Assembly (NCBI GenBank): GCA_004431415.1
Contig: QPMI01000350.1
Span: 1 to 45,405 of the forward strand
DNA: 45,405 nt
Direction: 5' to 3'
Source: Cyanophora paradoxa CCMP329
Lineage: Eukaryota > Plantae > Glaucophyta
Part shown: one piece after another, positions 1 through 10,187 of the stretch
Numbering within the stretch: the first letter of the stretch is position 1
How the letters are laid out: each line of letters opens with the position of its first letter
Position numbers and translations under genes: made by a program
Notes under the pieces: model-generated
Seen by the model: the letters and a program-made list of their open reading frames with translations, nothing else
What the model was told of the DNA's origin: nothing
Databases searched by the model: none

Positions 1-3000
1 GCGAGGAGGGCCCCGCCGAGCGCCGCGACGTAGGCGTTGAAGGCGGCGAAGCGGCGGCGGAGGAGGCGGGGCCCGAGGGGGCCGGCGGCGGGCCCGTTGA
101 CGTCGGCGTGGAGGCGGAGGAGGAGGCGGTGGACGGCCTCCGGGCGGGAGAAGGGCGCCAGGGCGGCCGGCGACTCCTTCTCGAAGAGGCCGGCGAGGCT
201 GCGGAGGGCGGCCTGCAAGGCGGGCGGCTGCAGGCGGGGGACGGCGGGGGGGCCCTCCTCCGGCTCTGCCCCCTCGGCCTCCGCGAAGGAGAGGAGGTGG
301 TAGGCCACCTCCTCCTGCCGCCTGTGCAGCAGCCGCCCCACCTGCCCCCGCCCTCAGCGCCGGGGCCGGCTGGGCGGGGCGGGGCGGGGCGGGGCGGGGC
401 GGACGGGCTCCTGGGCGAGGGCGGGGAGGAGGCCCTCGAGGACGGCGCGGGCGGCCTCCTCGGAGAGGAGGCCCTGCACGCGGGCGGCGAGGACGAGGGC
501 GGCCCCCCGGGGGCCGGCCTCGCGCGCGATGTACTTGCGCGCCCGCTTGAGGTCCGCCTCGGGGTCGCCCTCCGAGTCGCCGGGGCCGGGCTGGGGCGGG
601 CGGGGCGGACGTGGTGCTGCAGGTGCTGCGCCACCGTCTCCAGCGCCTCCCGCTCCCCCCGCGCGATCAGCGCCGAGCCGACCTCCCGCAGGTGCACCCG
701 CCTGCGCCCCGGCGTCGGCAGAGGGCGCGGCCCGGCGCGGTGCGGGGCGGGGCGGGGCCGGCGGGGCCGCACAGGAAGTCGACGACGTCCGTGCAGGCGA
801 GGAGGTGGAAGGGGAAGCGGAAGAGGTCCTCGTGGGGCGCCTCCGCCGCCCAGCGCGCCACCAGGTACTCCGCGTGCGCCCGCAGCAGCGCCGCCGCGTC
901 CTCGAAGCCCAGGCGCCCCGCCGCCGCCCCCAGCAGGCCCCGCACCAGCGGCCCCAGGTCCGCCCGCATCCCCGCCAGTCCGCACATGCGGAAGCAGATC
1001 GGCGCCTGCGCGCGCGCGCCGGGGGGAGCGGTGAGGCGAGCGGGGGGCGGATTCGCGCGGGGGGCGGGCGCCTGGAGGTCATCGACGGCCTGGAGGAGCT
1101 CGCAGAGGGCCGCCGCCGCCGTCTCCTCCCGCCCCGCCTCCGCCCGCGGCGCCCCCTCCCCGCCCCCCTCCTCCGCCGCCTTGAGGGCGATGGGCGGCAG
1201 GTGGTCCGTGATCGACTCGTAGATGCCGGCCGCCCCCGCCCAGCGCGCGAAGAGGCACCGCGCCGCCCGCCCCGCCTCCAGCCGCACCGCGTACGACTCT
1301 GCGCGCGGCGCGTCGGCCGGGGCGCCTCGGCCGGGGCGCGGGCGCCTGGGGCGGACCGTCGTTGAGGCGGGGGAGGAAGGCTTGGACGAGCTCCTGGTCG
1401 GTCTCCACGGCTGCCTCGTCCCGCAGCACCACCGCCCGCACCGCCCGCACGAACGCGCCCCGCACCCCCCGCGTCAGCGCCGTCCCCAGCCCCGCCTTCT
1501 TCCCCTCCCCCGCGCCGCCCCCGCCCGCCTGCGACGGGTCCGCCCCGGGGCTCCCCTGCCCCGCCGCCGCCGCCGCCGCCTTGGCTGCGAGCGTGAGCTC
1601 CTGGGGAGCGGGGTGAGGGGCGAGGGTGCCCGGAAAGCGAGCGAGGGGCGGGGGCCGGGGCGCACGGCGGAGAACCAGAGGAGGATGCGGACGGCGGCGG
1701 CGACGACGGCGGCGAACTCGGCGGGGGCGCCGCAGGGGCCCCGGCGCGCTCGCCGGCGGCGGCCCAGGCGGGGAGGTCGGCGCGGTGCGGCATGAAGCGC
1801 AGCGCGCGGGCCACGACCTGCAGCACCCCCTCCAGCAGCGCTGCGCGGCCGCCGCGTCAGGCCCGCGGGGCCTGCCGCGTCTTCGACGGGCCGGCGGCGG
1901 CACCGGGGTTGATCTTTGTCTCGCCCTGCTCCCAGTCGAGGGCGGCCTGGACGGCGGCGAGGGCGGCGGCCTTGGCCCCGGCGCGGCAGGAGCCGGCGGC
2001 GGCGAGGGGCGCCGCGAGGAAGAGGCCGACGTAGGGCCCCGCCAGGTAGACGCGCTGCTCCCGCCCAATCGGCGCCCGCATCAGCTGCGCGCGCGCGTCA
2101 GGCGGGCCCGGCGGGGGGCGCCCCGGCGCGGCGGGCCTCGGCGAGGAGGCGGAGAGCGGCGTCGGGGAGGCTGGGGTGGAGCCAGCGCGGGGCCCGCGCC
2201 TCGAGGCGCAGCAGGGCGCCCAGCAGGCGCGTGCCGGCCGCCGCCGCCTCCACCGACGCCGCCTCCGCGCTCGCCACCTCCGCCGCCGAGCCGTCGGCAT
2301 CGGGGGCCGGGCTGCGAGGGCGCTTGCGGTGGAGCGAGGAGGGGCCCTGCGAGGGGCCCCCTCGTCGTCCGACAGGTCGAACGCGTCGCCACGCCGTGCC
2401 GCGGGCGGCCGGACGGCGGAAGGGCCCGAGGCCGGCGGCCCGAAGCCGTCGTCGTCGTCCGCCGCCGCCGCCGCCGCCGCGCCGGCCTCGACGCACACGT
2501 GGCACTGCCGCTGCGGGTCGAACTGCGCGGCGCCGGCACTCAGGCGGCGCTCGTGCGGGCAGATGGGACGGGAGGGGCGCGCGTGTGGGGGCAGGAAGCG
2601 CTTGAGGAAGGCGACCCAGGCGCCGGCCGCCTCCGAGAGCGCGTCCTCGTCCGCCCCGCCCCGCGGCCGCAGCCCGGCCGCTGGCGGCAGGCGCGACCAG
2701 ACGGCGGCGGCGAGGCGGAGGACAGTGCGCAGCGCGGGGCGCGGCAGCTGCTCCAGCGGCGGCCGCACGAGCGCCTCCGCCGCCACCCGCAGCGCCTGCG
2801 CGCGAGTCGGCGCCGGTCGGGCGGGGGCCGGGCGGGACGGGCGGACCGCGGCGAGGGCGGCGTGGAGGGGCGCGAGGGAGCCGTCGTGGGAGGACCCCGC
2901 ACCGGGGGCCCGCACGACGGCCGCTCCGTACCTGCCGGCCCATCGCGCCCCGCGCGAGCGGAAAGCGGGGGCGGGGCACCGCGCGAGGCAGTCTGCGTAG

Positions 3001-5870
3001 AAAAGGGCGGCGCGGGCGTCGGGCAGGGCGGGGGCGGGGGCCGCCCGCGGCGGCGCCCGGCGGCTCGTCAGCATCGGCTGCGACTGCGACTGCGAGGCCG
3101 GCGGCTCCGGGCCGGGGCACTGCCCTCCTCGGGGCCGCCGCGAGGGCCGCCAGCCGCTCCTGCACGGCCGCCGCCACCGACGCGTGTACGGCCGCCGCCG
3201 CCGCCGCCGCCGGCCGTGGCGGGCCGGGGGCGAGGGCGGGGGCGCCGGGAGAGGGGCCCGGGTCCTCATAGAGGGCGCGCCAGCCTGCGCGGAGTCGGCG
3301 GGCGGCGCGTAGAGGAGCTCCGGGCGGGGCGGGGCACCGGAGAGGCGGCGGAGCTGCTCCTCGAGGGCCCCGCCGCCGCCGCTTCGTCGGCCTCGGGGCC
3401 CCCGCCTCGTCCGCCGCCGCCTCCGCCTCCTCCGCCGCCAGCTCCGCCTCCTCGGCCCCCTCCTCGGCCCCGGGGGCGGGGCCGGCGGGGCGTACGGGGC
3501 GATCCCGCGAGGGCGGCGAGGCACGCGGCGACGCCGGCCGCCTCGCCGTGCAGCGGCGCGCTCTGCCGCCCCGTCACCCCGCGCGGCGCAGCGCGGCGCC
3601 GAGGGGCAGGGCGGGGCGGCGCACGAGGGCCCAGGTGGCGGCGGCGGGGCGGAGCGGGTCGGGGGCGTCGGACAGCTCGCCGCGCCGCGCGAGGGCCGCC
3701 AGCAGCCGCAGCGCGGAGGGCGTCGGGGGGCGGCGAGGGGCGGGCGGGCCGGACCGGCAGGGTCCCGGCCGGCGGGGCGGGCGGGCGTCGCCGGCAAAGG
3801 GCGGGGAGGCGAGGAGGCGTCGGGCGCGGGGGCGAGCGGGGCGGGGAGGAGGCCGGCGTCGGCGGCCGCCGCGAGGGCCGCCAGCGCGTCCTCGCGGTGC
3901 GGCCGCCACGCGTGCGCCCGAGCCGCCGCGCGAGGGCGCGGTGCAGCGAGGCCCAGAGCGCCGGCGCGCCGAAGGCCCTCGGCGGGGCGCCCGGAGGCGG
4001 GCGGGCGGCGGCGCGGGCGGCGCGGCGGAGAAAGACGAGGGACCAGGCCATCGCCTCCGACGGGCGCTCCTCCGGCCTGCCCCGAGCGCGTCAGGGCGCT
4101 GGCGGGGGCGGCGGGTGGGGCGGGGGCAGCGCGCGTGTCCACAAAGGCGGCGACGGCCTGCAGGAGGCCCGGTAGCAGTGGCCACCGCCCCGCCAGCGCC
4201 CCAGGGTACGCCGCGAGGGCGTGCGAGCAGACGATGAGCCTGGGCGGGAGTCAGTGGGGCGGGGCAGCGGAGACGGGGCAGGGCGGGCGGGCCAGGCGAC
4301 GGCCTTGTGCGCGTCCTTCCCGCGAGGTGAGCGAAGCCGGCCTGGACCTGCGCGGGCGTCGGCCGGCGCCGGGGCGGGCGAGAGGCGCGGTACGGGCCAG
4401 CTCGGCCGGCGAAGCGGGGCCGCGGGCGCGCTTGGCGGGGGCGGCCCGGGGCCGGCGCGCTGGGAGGAGGGCCCCGGGGCGGGGCGGGGCGGAGGAGCGG
4501 GGGTCGGGGCCGGCGGGGGCCCAGGCGAGCATGCGGTGGAGGAGGTCGGCGGCGAGGTCGGCGAGGGGCCGCTCGGCGCGCGTCACCCGCATCCGCCCCG
4601 CCAGCCGCGCGTTCACCAGCGTCGACGAGCCGGCCGCCGCCGCCGGCAGGAAGCGCTCGCCCAGGCCCCCAACAGCAGGTGCCCCAGCTCCTCCACCCGC
4701 CGCCGCGCCGCCGCCGCCCGCGCCCCCCGGAGCCGGGCTCGGCCGCCGCCTCGCGGGCGGGGCCGTAGCAGGAGTGCTCGAGCCGGAGGGCGGCGCGCAG
4801 GTACTGGACGAGCTCCTCGCGGAGGCGGGCGGCGCGGACGCCGCCGGGGGCGAGGGCGGCGGCGACGGTGGGGTGGAGGGCGAGGGTCAGGGCGTGCGTC
4901 TCCGGGGGGTACTCGAGGGCGTGGGCGCGGAGGAGGGCGTTGAGGGTGGCGAGGAGCTCGACGGGGGTCGTCTCCTCGAGGCGCCGGCCCTCGGCGGCCA
5001 GGTGCTCGCGGAAGAAGAGGAAGAGGCCGCGCACGTCGCGCGCCTCGGGGTCCAGCGCGAAGGCGCGCACGACGGCCTCGAGCGTCTGCGCGAGCTGCTG
5101 CAGCGGCGCCTCGCGCCCGTGCTCGCCGGCGACGACGCGGCGGGCGAGGGCCCGCACGAGGCCCCCGAAGTGGGCGGGGCCGACGAGGTGCGGGCAGTCG
5201 CCCAGCGCCTCCAGCACGCGCCGCACCACGTCCGCGTAGTCCGAGCACACCGCCGCGTACGCCGACCGCCGCCAGTCCCCCTCATCCTCCCCCTTCTGCA
5301 GCAGCTCCCGGCAGTGCTTCAGGATCTTCGGGCCGCACACCCACAGCCGGTGGGCCCGCAGCACTGCGCCGCCGTCGGCGCGCCGCGCCGGCAGCGGCGC
5401 GGGGGCGCGAGGGACGCACGGGCGCCCTGCGAGGCGCGGGTGACGACGCGGCGGAGGATGTTGCTCGTCTCGGCCGACTTGACGCCCGTCTTCTGGCCCG
5501 CCTGGTGCGCGATCTCCTCCTTTAGCGCCTTCAGCAGCTGCTTGAAGAGATCGTCCCACGAGAGCTGGTCTACAGTGCACGCCGCGCGTACGGTCGGGCG
5601 GGGCGCGGCGGGACGACGGCGCGGGACGGCAGCGCACGGTCCAGGCCGCCCGTCGCGTCCTGCAGCACCGCTCGATCGAGCCTTTTGAGCTCCTCGGGCT
5701 TTAAGACGATGTCCGCCACCTGCTTGAGCCCCTCCTGCGCCCGACCCGTGTCAGAGGCGAACGTGCATTCTGCCAGCCCTGTGCGTGCGCGCAGCGGAGA
5801 GCGCTCGCACCTTCCTATCCCTCACTTTCGAAGAGCGCACGAGCGACAGGGCGTCGTCCAGGGCGCCCAT
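1..5870 (-). CDS. ATM: ATM/Tel1 serine/threonine kinase, N-terminal HEAT-rich portion (multi-exon; 3' part including FAT/kinase lies beyond the window start)
   Basis: ATG at 5870. Spliced N-terminus MGALDDALSLVRSSKVRDRK|EGLKQVADI...HQLSWDDLFKQLLKALKEE fits the TAN motif (LxxxKxx[ED]RxxxL) and the following W-D-x-[LV]-F helix. Downstream GFEDAAALLRAHAEYLVARW...DLFRFPFHLLACTDVVDFL (about 770-910) resembles the conserved ATM segment with FPF. No kinase domain is in the window. Confidence 0.85.
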
Positions 5871-6116
5871 TTCGCCGCGCGAACCGAGCTTGGGCACACG
5901 AAGCTGGCGGCCTAAAATTCAGCTATTTACGATGCTGCCTCTGCAATGGGCGCGCTCCACGTCGCCTGAGGTCATCCGGACGGCCGCCAGAAGCCGCACG
6001 ACACGAACGTCCCTAGCCGGAGCCGAACCCGCGACCTGGTACCCCTTCTTTCAGTCGGCCCCCGCGGGGAGTGTACCCTTAAAGTCAATTCGAACTGTGA
6101 GAGTGCGCTCGCCGCC
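5871..6116. promoter_or_regulatory. Probable bidirectional promoter, ATM / GH15
   Basis: 246-bp lower-GC gap between divergent ATGs; inferred from layout only. Confidence 0.5.
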
Positions 6117-9100
6117 ATGAGCTCAGCGCCGGGCGCCCAGAGCGCGCCGCACACACCGCAGCGCGCCTGCTCCTGCGGTACCGCAGCGATCGACGACCAC
6201 GCGCTCATCGGGAATTGCCGCACCGCGGCGCTTGTCGACAAGAGCGGAACCATTGATTTCTTTTGCTTCCCGTTCTTCGACTCGCCGAGCGTGTTCGCAT
6301 CGCTGCTGGACGATGACGCCGGCCACTTCTCCATATCGATCAGTGCGCCGGCGCGAGGCCCCGCAGGCGCTGCTCCCTCCCGATCGATATCGGCGCCCGC
6401 ATAAGCTGCGCGTACGTGGCGCAGGAGCAGCGCCGGGGGCGCCGCACCCGCACCGAGCCCCGAAGCAGTTCTATTTGCCGGATTCAAACGTCGTGTGCAC
6501 ACGGTTCTTCTGTGACGCAGGAATAGGGGAGATTGTCGACTTCATGACGCTCCCGCCGGCCGCCTTGAGCGAGGGAGAAAGGCTGCTCGTCCTCGATCGA
6601 TGCCGCCAGCGCCGGTGCACACACCGCACCTCGCCGCGCCAAACCGTCCCGGAGCGATGCATCGCGCGCTCACGCACGCACAGGGCGGCGGTGCGGTCGG
6701 TGACGGGGGCGGCGCCGGCGATGGGCGAGGGCGGGGAGTGCTGCGAGGCGGCCGGGGGCGGGGAGGAGGCGGCGGTGCGGGCATGCGGGAGCGACGCGCA
6801 TACGCGCCTCCCGCAGAGCCATCGGGAGCACCACCGCCTCGTCCGCAAGGCTCGCCTCCCGCCCGCCCGCCCGCCGGCCTCCCGCCGGCCCGCCCGCCCG
6901 CCCGTCGGCCTGCCCGCCCCGGCGGCGGCTTGATGCACCCAGCAGGTCTCCGTGAACCGCGGGCGGCTGCGGTTCCGCGTGCACTGCCGCCCCGCCCTCA
7001 ACTACGCCCGCGAGGGGCACCGCGTCGCCCTCTTCCCGGGCCACGGCGCCGTCTTTGAGGTGGGGACCCGTCACCCCTTGTCCCTTCCTCTCCCCTCGCG
7101 CTCAAAGGGCACTCAGGGCCCCTCCCTCGCCCTGGCCCTCGTCTCCTCTCTTCCCTTCGCCATCGACGGGTCCGTCCCTTCCTCCCCTCCCGCCTCGCCC
7201 CACGCCGGACCGACGGCCCGCCCTGCAGGCTGCCTGCGGGGGCCGAGGCGGGGGGCGACCCCGGGGACGCGGCCGCGCGGCCGGGCGTGGCGTGCGAGTT
7301 CGAGCTCGCCGAGGGCCAGAGCCTCTTCCTCTCCCTCCAGGCCCGCCCCCGCCCCGCCCGCGAGGAGGCACCCGCGCCCACCGCCCCCGCCACTGCCCCA
7401 GGCCTGCGAGCGCTCCGATGGCGTGCCGCCCGCCCCGGGGTCCAGCGTCGCCTCCGTGGGGGGACCGCCGGCCGCCGAGGACGGCCCACGAGGCGCTGCG
7501 GCGGGCTGTGCGTGGCCCTCGGGGCCCGTGCTGGAGCCCCGCGAGGTACGCCGAGGGGGCCCCTCGCCCGCCGGCGGCCCCGGGGCCCACGCCGGCGGCG
7601 CAGGGCGAGCGGCTGCTCGACGAGACGCTGCGCTACTGGGAGCGCTGGATCGCCCAGGCAGGCCTGCCCCCGCCCCGTGCCACGCGCCGGCGGCGAGCGG
7701 GCGGGGCGCAGTGCACGTACCAGGGCCGCTGGCGGGAGACCGTCCGCCGCTCCGCCCTCTGCCTCAAGCTGTCCGCCGGCCCCGCCCCGCCCCGCGCGAC
7801 GCGAGCCAGCGAGCCGCGGGCCGCTGCGCAGGCTGACGTTCGCGCCGACGGGGGCGATCGTGGCGGCGCCGACCTTCGGCCTCCCCGAGTTCGAGGGCGG
7901 CGCCCGCAACTGGGCCCGCGCCGCCCCGCCCCGCCCCGCTCCGCCCCGCTCGCGCGCTGAGAGCGGGGCGGGGCAGGACTACCGCTTCTGCTGGCTGCGG
8001 GACAGCGCCTTCGTCGTCTACGCCTTCATCCGCCTGGGCTTCCGTGCCGAGGCCTCCCAGTTCATGGCCTGGCTCCAGCAGCGCGCCGAGGAGCAGGGCG
8101 TCGGCCGCCCCGTCCGCCTCCACGCGCGCCCCGCCCCGCCCGCCCGCTCGGCTCCGCGCCACGCTCCGGTCTCAGAGCCGGGCGCAGCTGATATACCGGG
8201 TGGACGGGACGGAGGCGCGCGCGCAGGCCCGTCTCCGCGCCGGCGGGGGCGGCTGAGGCGGGGCGGGGCGGGGCGGGGCGGGCAGGTGCCGGAGGAGGAG
8301 GTGCTGGGCCACTTCCGCGGCTACCGCGCCTCCGCCCCCGTCCGCGTCGGCAACTCCGCCAAGCACCAGGCCCGCCCCAGAGCGGGGCGGGGCGGGGGCC
8401 GGCCGGGCCCGGGGCGAGGCGGGAGGGGCGCAGGAGCAGCTGGACATCTACGGCGAGCTCCTCGACTCCATCTACCTCGTCAACAAGGCCCGCCCCGCCC
8501 CGCCTGCTCCTCCCCCTCCTCCCGCGCTCCTCTCAGCCCCCCTGCCCGCAGTACGTCGCCCCGATCCCCGTGCGCGCCCCGCCTCGCCCCGCCCCGCCCC
8601 GCCCGGCGGGGCGCGCGGTCGAGGGGCGGGGCGCGGGGGCAGTACGGGACCTGGCGCCACGTCGTCGACCTCGTCGACTTCGTCTGCGGTCGCCGCCGCC
8701 CCGCCCCGCGCCCCGCCCCGCGCCGGGGCGATCGCGGGGGGCAGAGAACTGGCGCCGGGCGGACGCGGGGATCTGGGAGGTGCGGGGGGAGCCGCAGCAC
8801 TTCGTCTACACCAAGGCCCGCCCCCCTCTCATCTGATCCGATCCGATCCGACTCGATGTGATCGCCCGGGCGCAGCTGATGTGCTGGGTGGCGATCGACC
8901 GGGGCCTCCGCCTCGCGGAGAAGCGCTCCCTGCCGGCCCCGCGCGAGCGCTGGGGCCGCGAGCGGGACGCGGTGTACGAGGAGATCGTGCGCCGCGGCTT
9001 CTCGCCCCGCGCCGCCTCCTTCGTCCAGGCCTTCGACGGCCACGCCCTCGACGCCTCCGTCCGCCCCGCCCACGCACCCTGCTCGCCTCGAGGGCACCCT

Positions 9101-9749
9101 GCTTGCTCTCGCGACGCGGGCGGGGCGCAGGTGCTGCTGATGCCGCTGGTGCTCTTCATGAGCCCGGCGGACCCGCTGATGCTCTCCACGCTCGACGCCG
9201 TGCGCGAGGGCCTCTCCGCCAACGGCCTCGTGCACCGCTACCAGGCCGCCGCCACCGACGACGGCCTCGGGGGCGCCCTCGAGGGCACCTTCAACATGTG
9301 CTCCTTCTGGTTCATCGAGGCCCTCGCCCGTACGCCCCACCCCGCCCCGCCGCCCCCGGCCCCGCCTGCGCCTGCGCCGGGGGCGAGGCGGGGCGGGGCG
9401 GGGCGGGGGGCAGGGGCCGGGGTGTACGACAGGGGGCGCCTGCGCGAGGCGCGGGCCCTCTTCGAGGAGGCGCGGGACCCCCCCCCCCCCCTCCTCCTCC
9501 CCCTCCTCATCTCGCCCCCCTCCCCCAGGTGCTGGGGTACCTGAACCACGTGGGCCTCTTCTCGGAGGAGACGGCCGTCACGGGCGAGGCCCTCGGCAAC
9601 TGTGCGCCGGCCGCCCATCCCCCTCATGCCAGCCTCCGCCCCTCGTGAGGGGGCCTCGCGGGGCGCGGGGCGCAGTCCCGCAGGCGTTCACGCACCTGGC
9701 GCTGATCTCGTGCGCCTACGCCCTCAACCGCGCCCTCGACGCCAAGTAG
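6117..9749 (+). CDS. Glycoside hydrolase family 15 (trehalase/glucoamylase-like), about 23 exons
   Basis: Spliced motifs: IDDHALIGNCRTAALV..GTIDFFCFPFFDSPSVFASLLD, KQFYLPDSNV, TGAIVAAPTFGLPE..GGARNW|DYRFCWLRD, APVRVGNSA..Q|EQLDIYGEL, DAGIWEVRG..HFVYTK|LMCWVA, EGTFNMCSFW, GLFSEE, LGNFPQAFTHLALIS; stop TAG 9747-9749. Confidence 0.93.
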
Positions 9750-10187
9750 CGCCCCGCCCTGCCCGCCCCGCCCCGCCCGGGCCGGCCCGGCGCCCGCCTC
9801 CGGGGGCCCGCCGCGGCCTCCGTGGCAGCCGAGCTCCCTTTGCCACACAAACTTGAAATCAAAGGCCCTGAGAAGCTGATAGGGCTCATCATAGCTATAG
9901 GGGTCAGCCGCTGAGCCGCGCCTGCGCATGCGCCGCCGCCCCGGGGGCCGGGGCCGGAGGTGGCGCTAGCGCTGATGTTGGTAAGCCTGTGACGCCTGAC
10001 GGCCCGGAGCTTGAACTTTCAGGCAAGCTCTCCTGTACCCCTGCCAAAGCGTTCCCCCCCCGGGGGGGGGGGCCACACCGCCTGAGCTTCATCCACGGCT
10101 CGAGCACCGTACCGCGTAGTGGGCCACTAGTGGCGCTTCTAGATCTACGTATACGCAGCTGAAAGAGCTCGAGTGGAAACATTGAAG

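Noticed and set aside
37-5688. Long plus-strand ORFs (e.g. 1626-4175, 849 aa) and similar R/G/P/A-rich ORFs across the window
   Set aside because: Stop-poor shadows of GC-rich DNA antisense to or out of frame with real spliced genes; no domain-like content.
8831-8857. (ATCCG)n run in a GH15 intron
   Set aside because: Ordinary short microsatellite.
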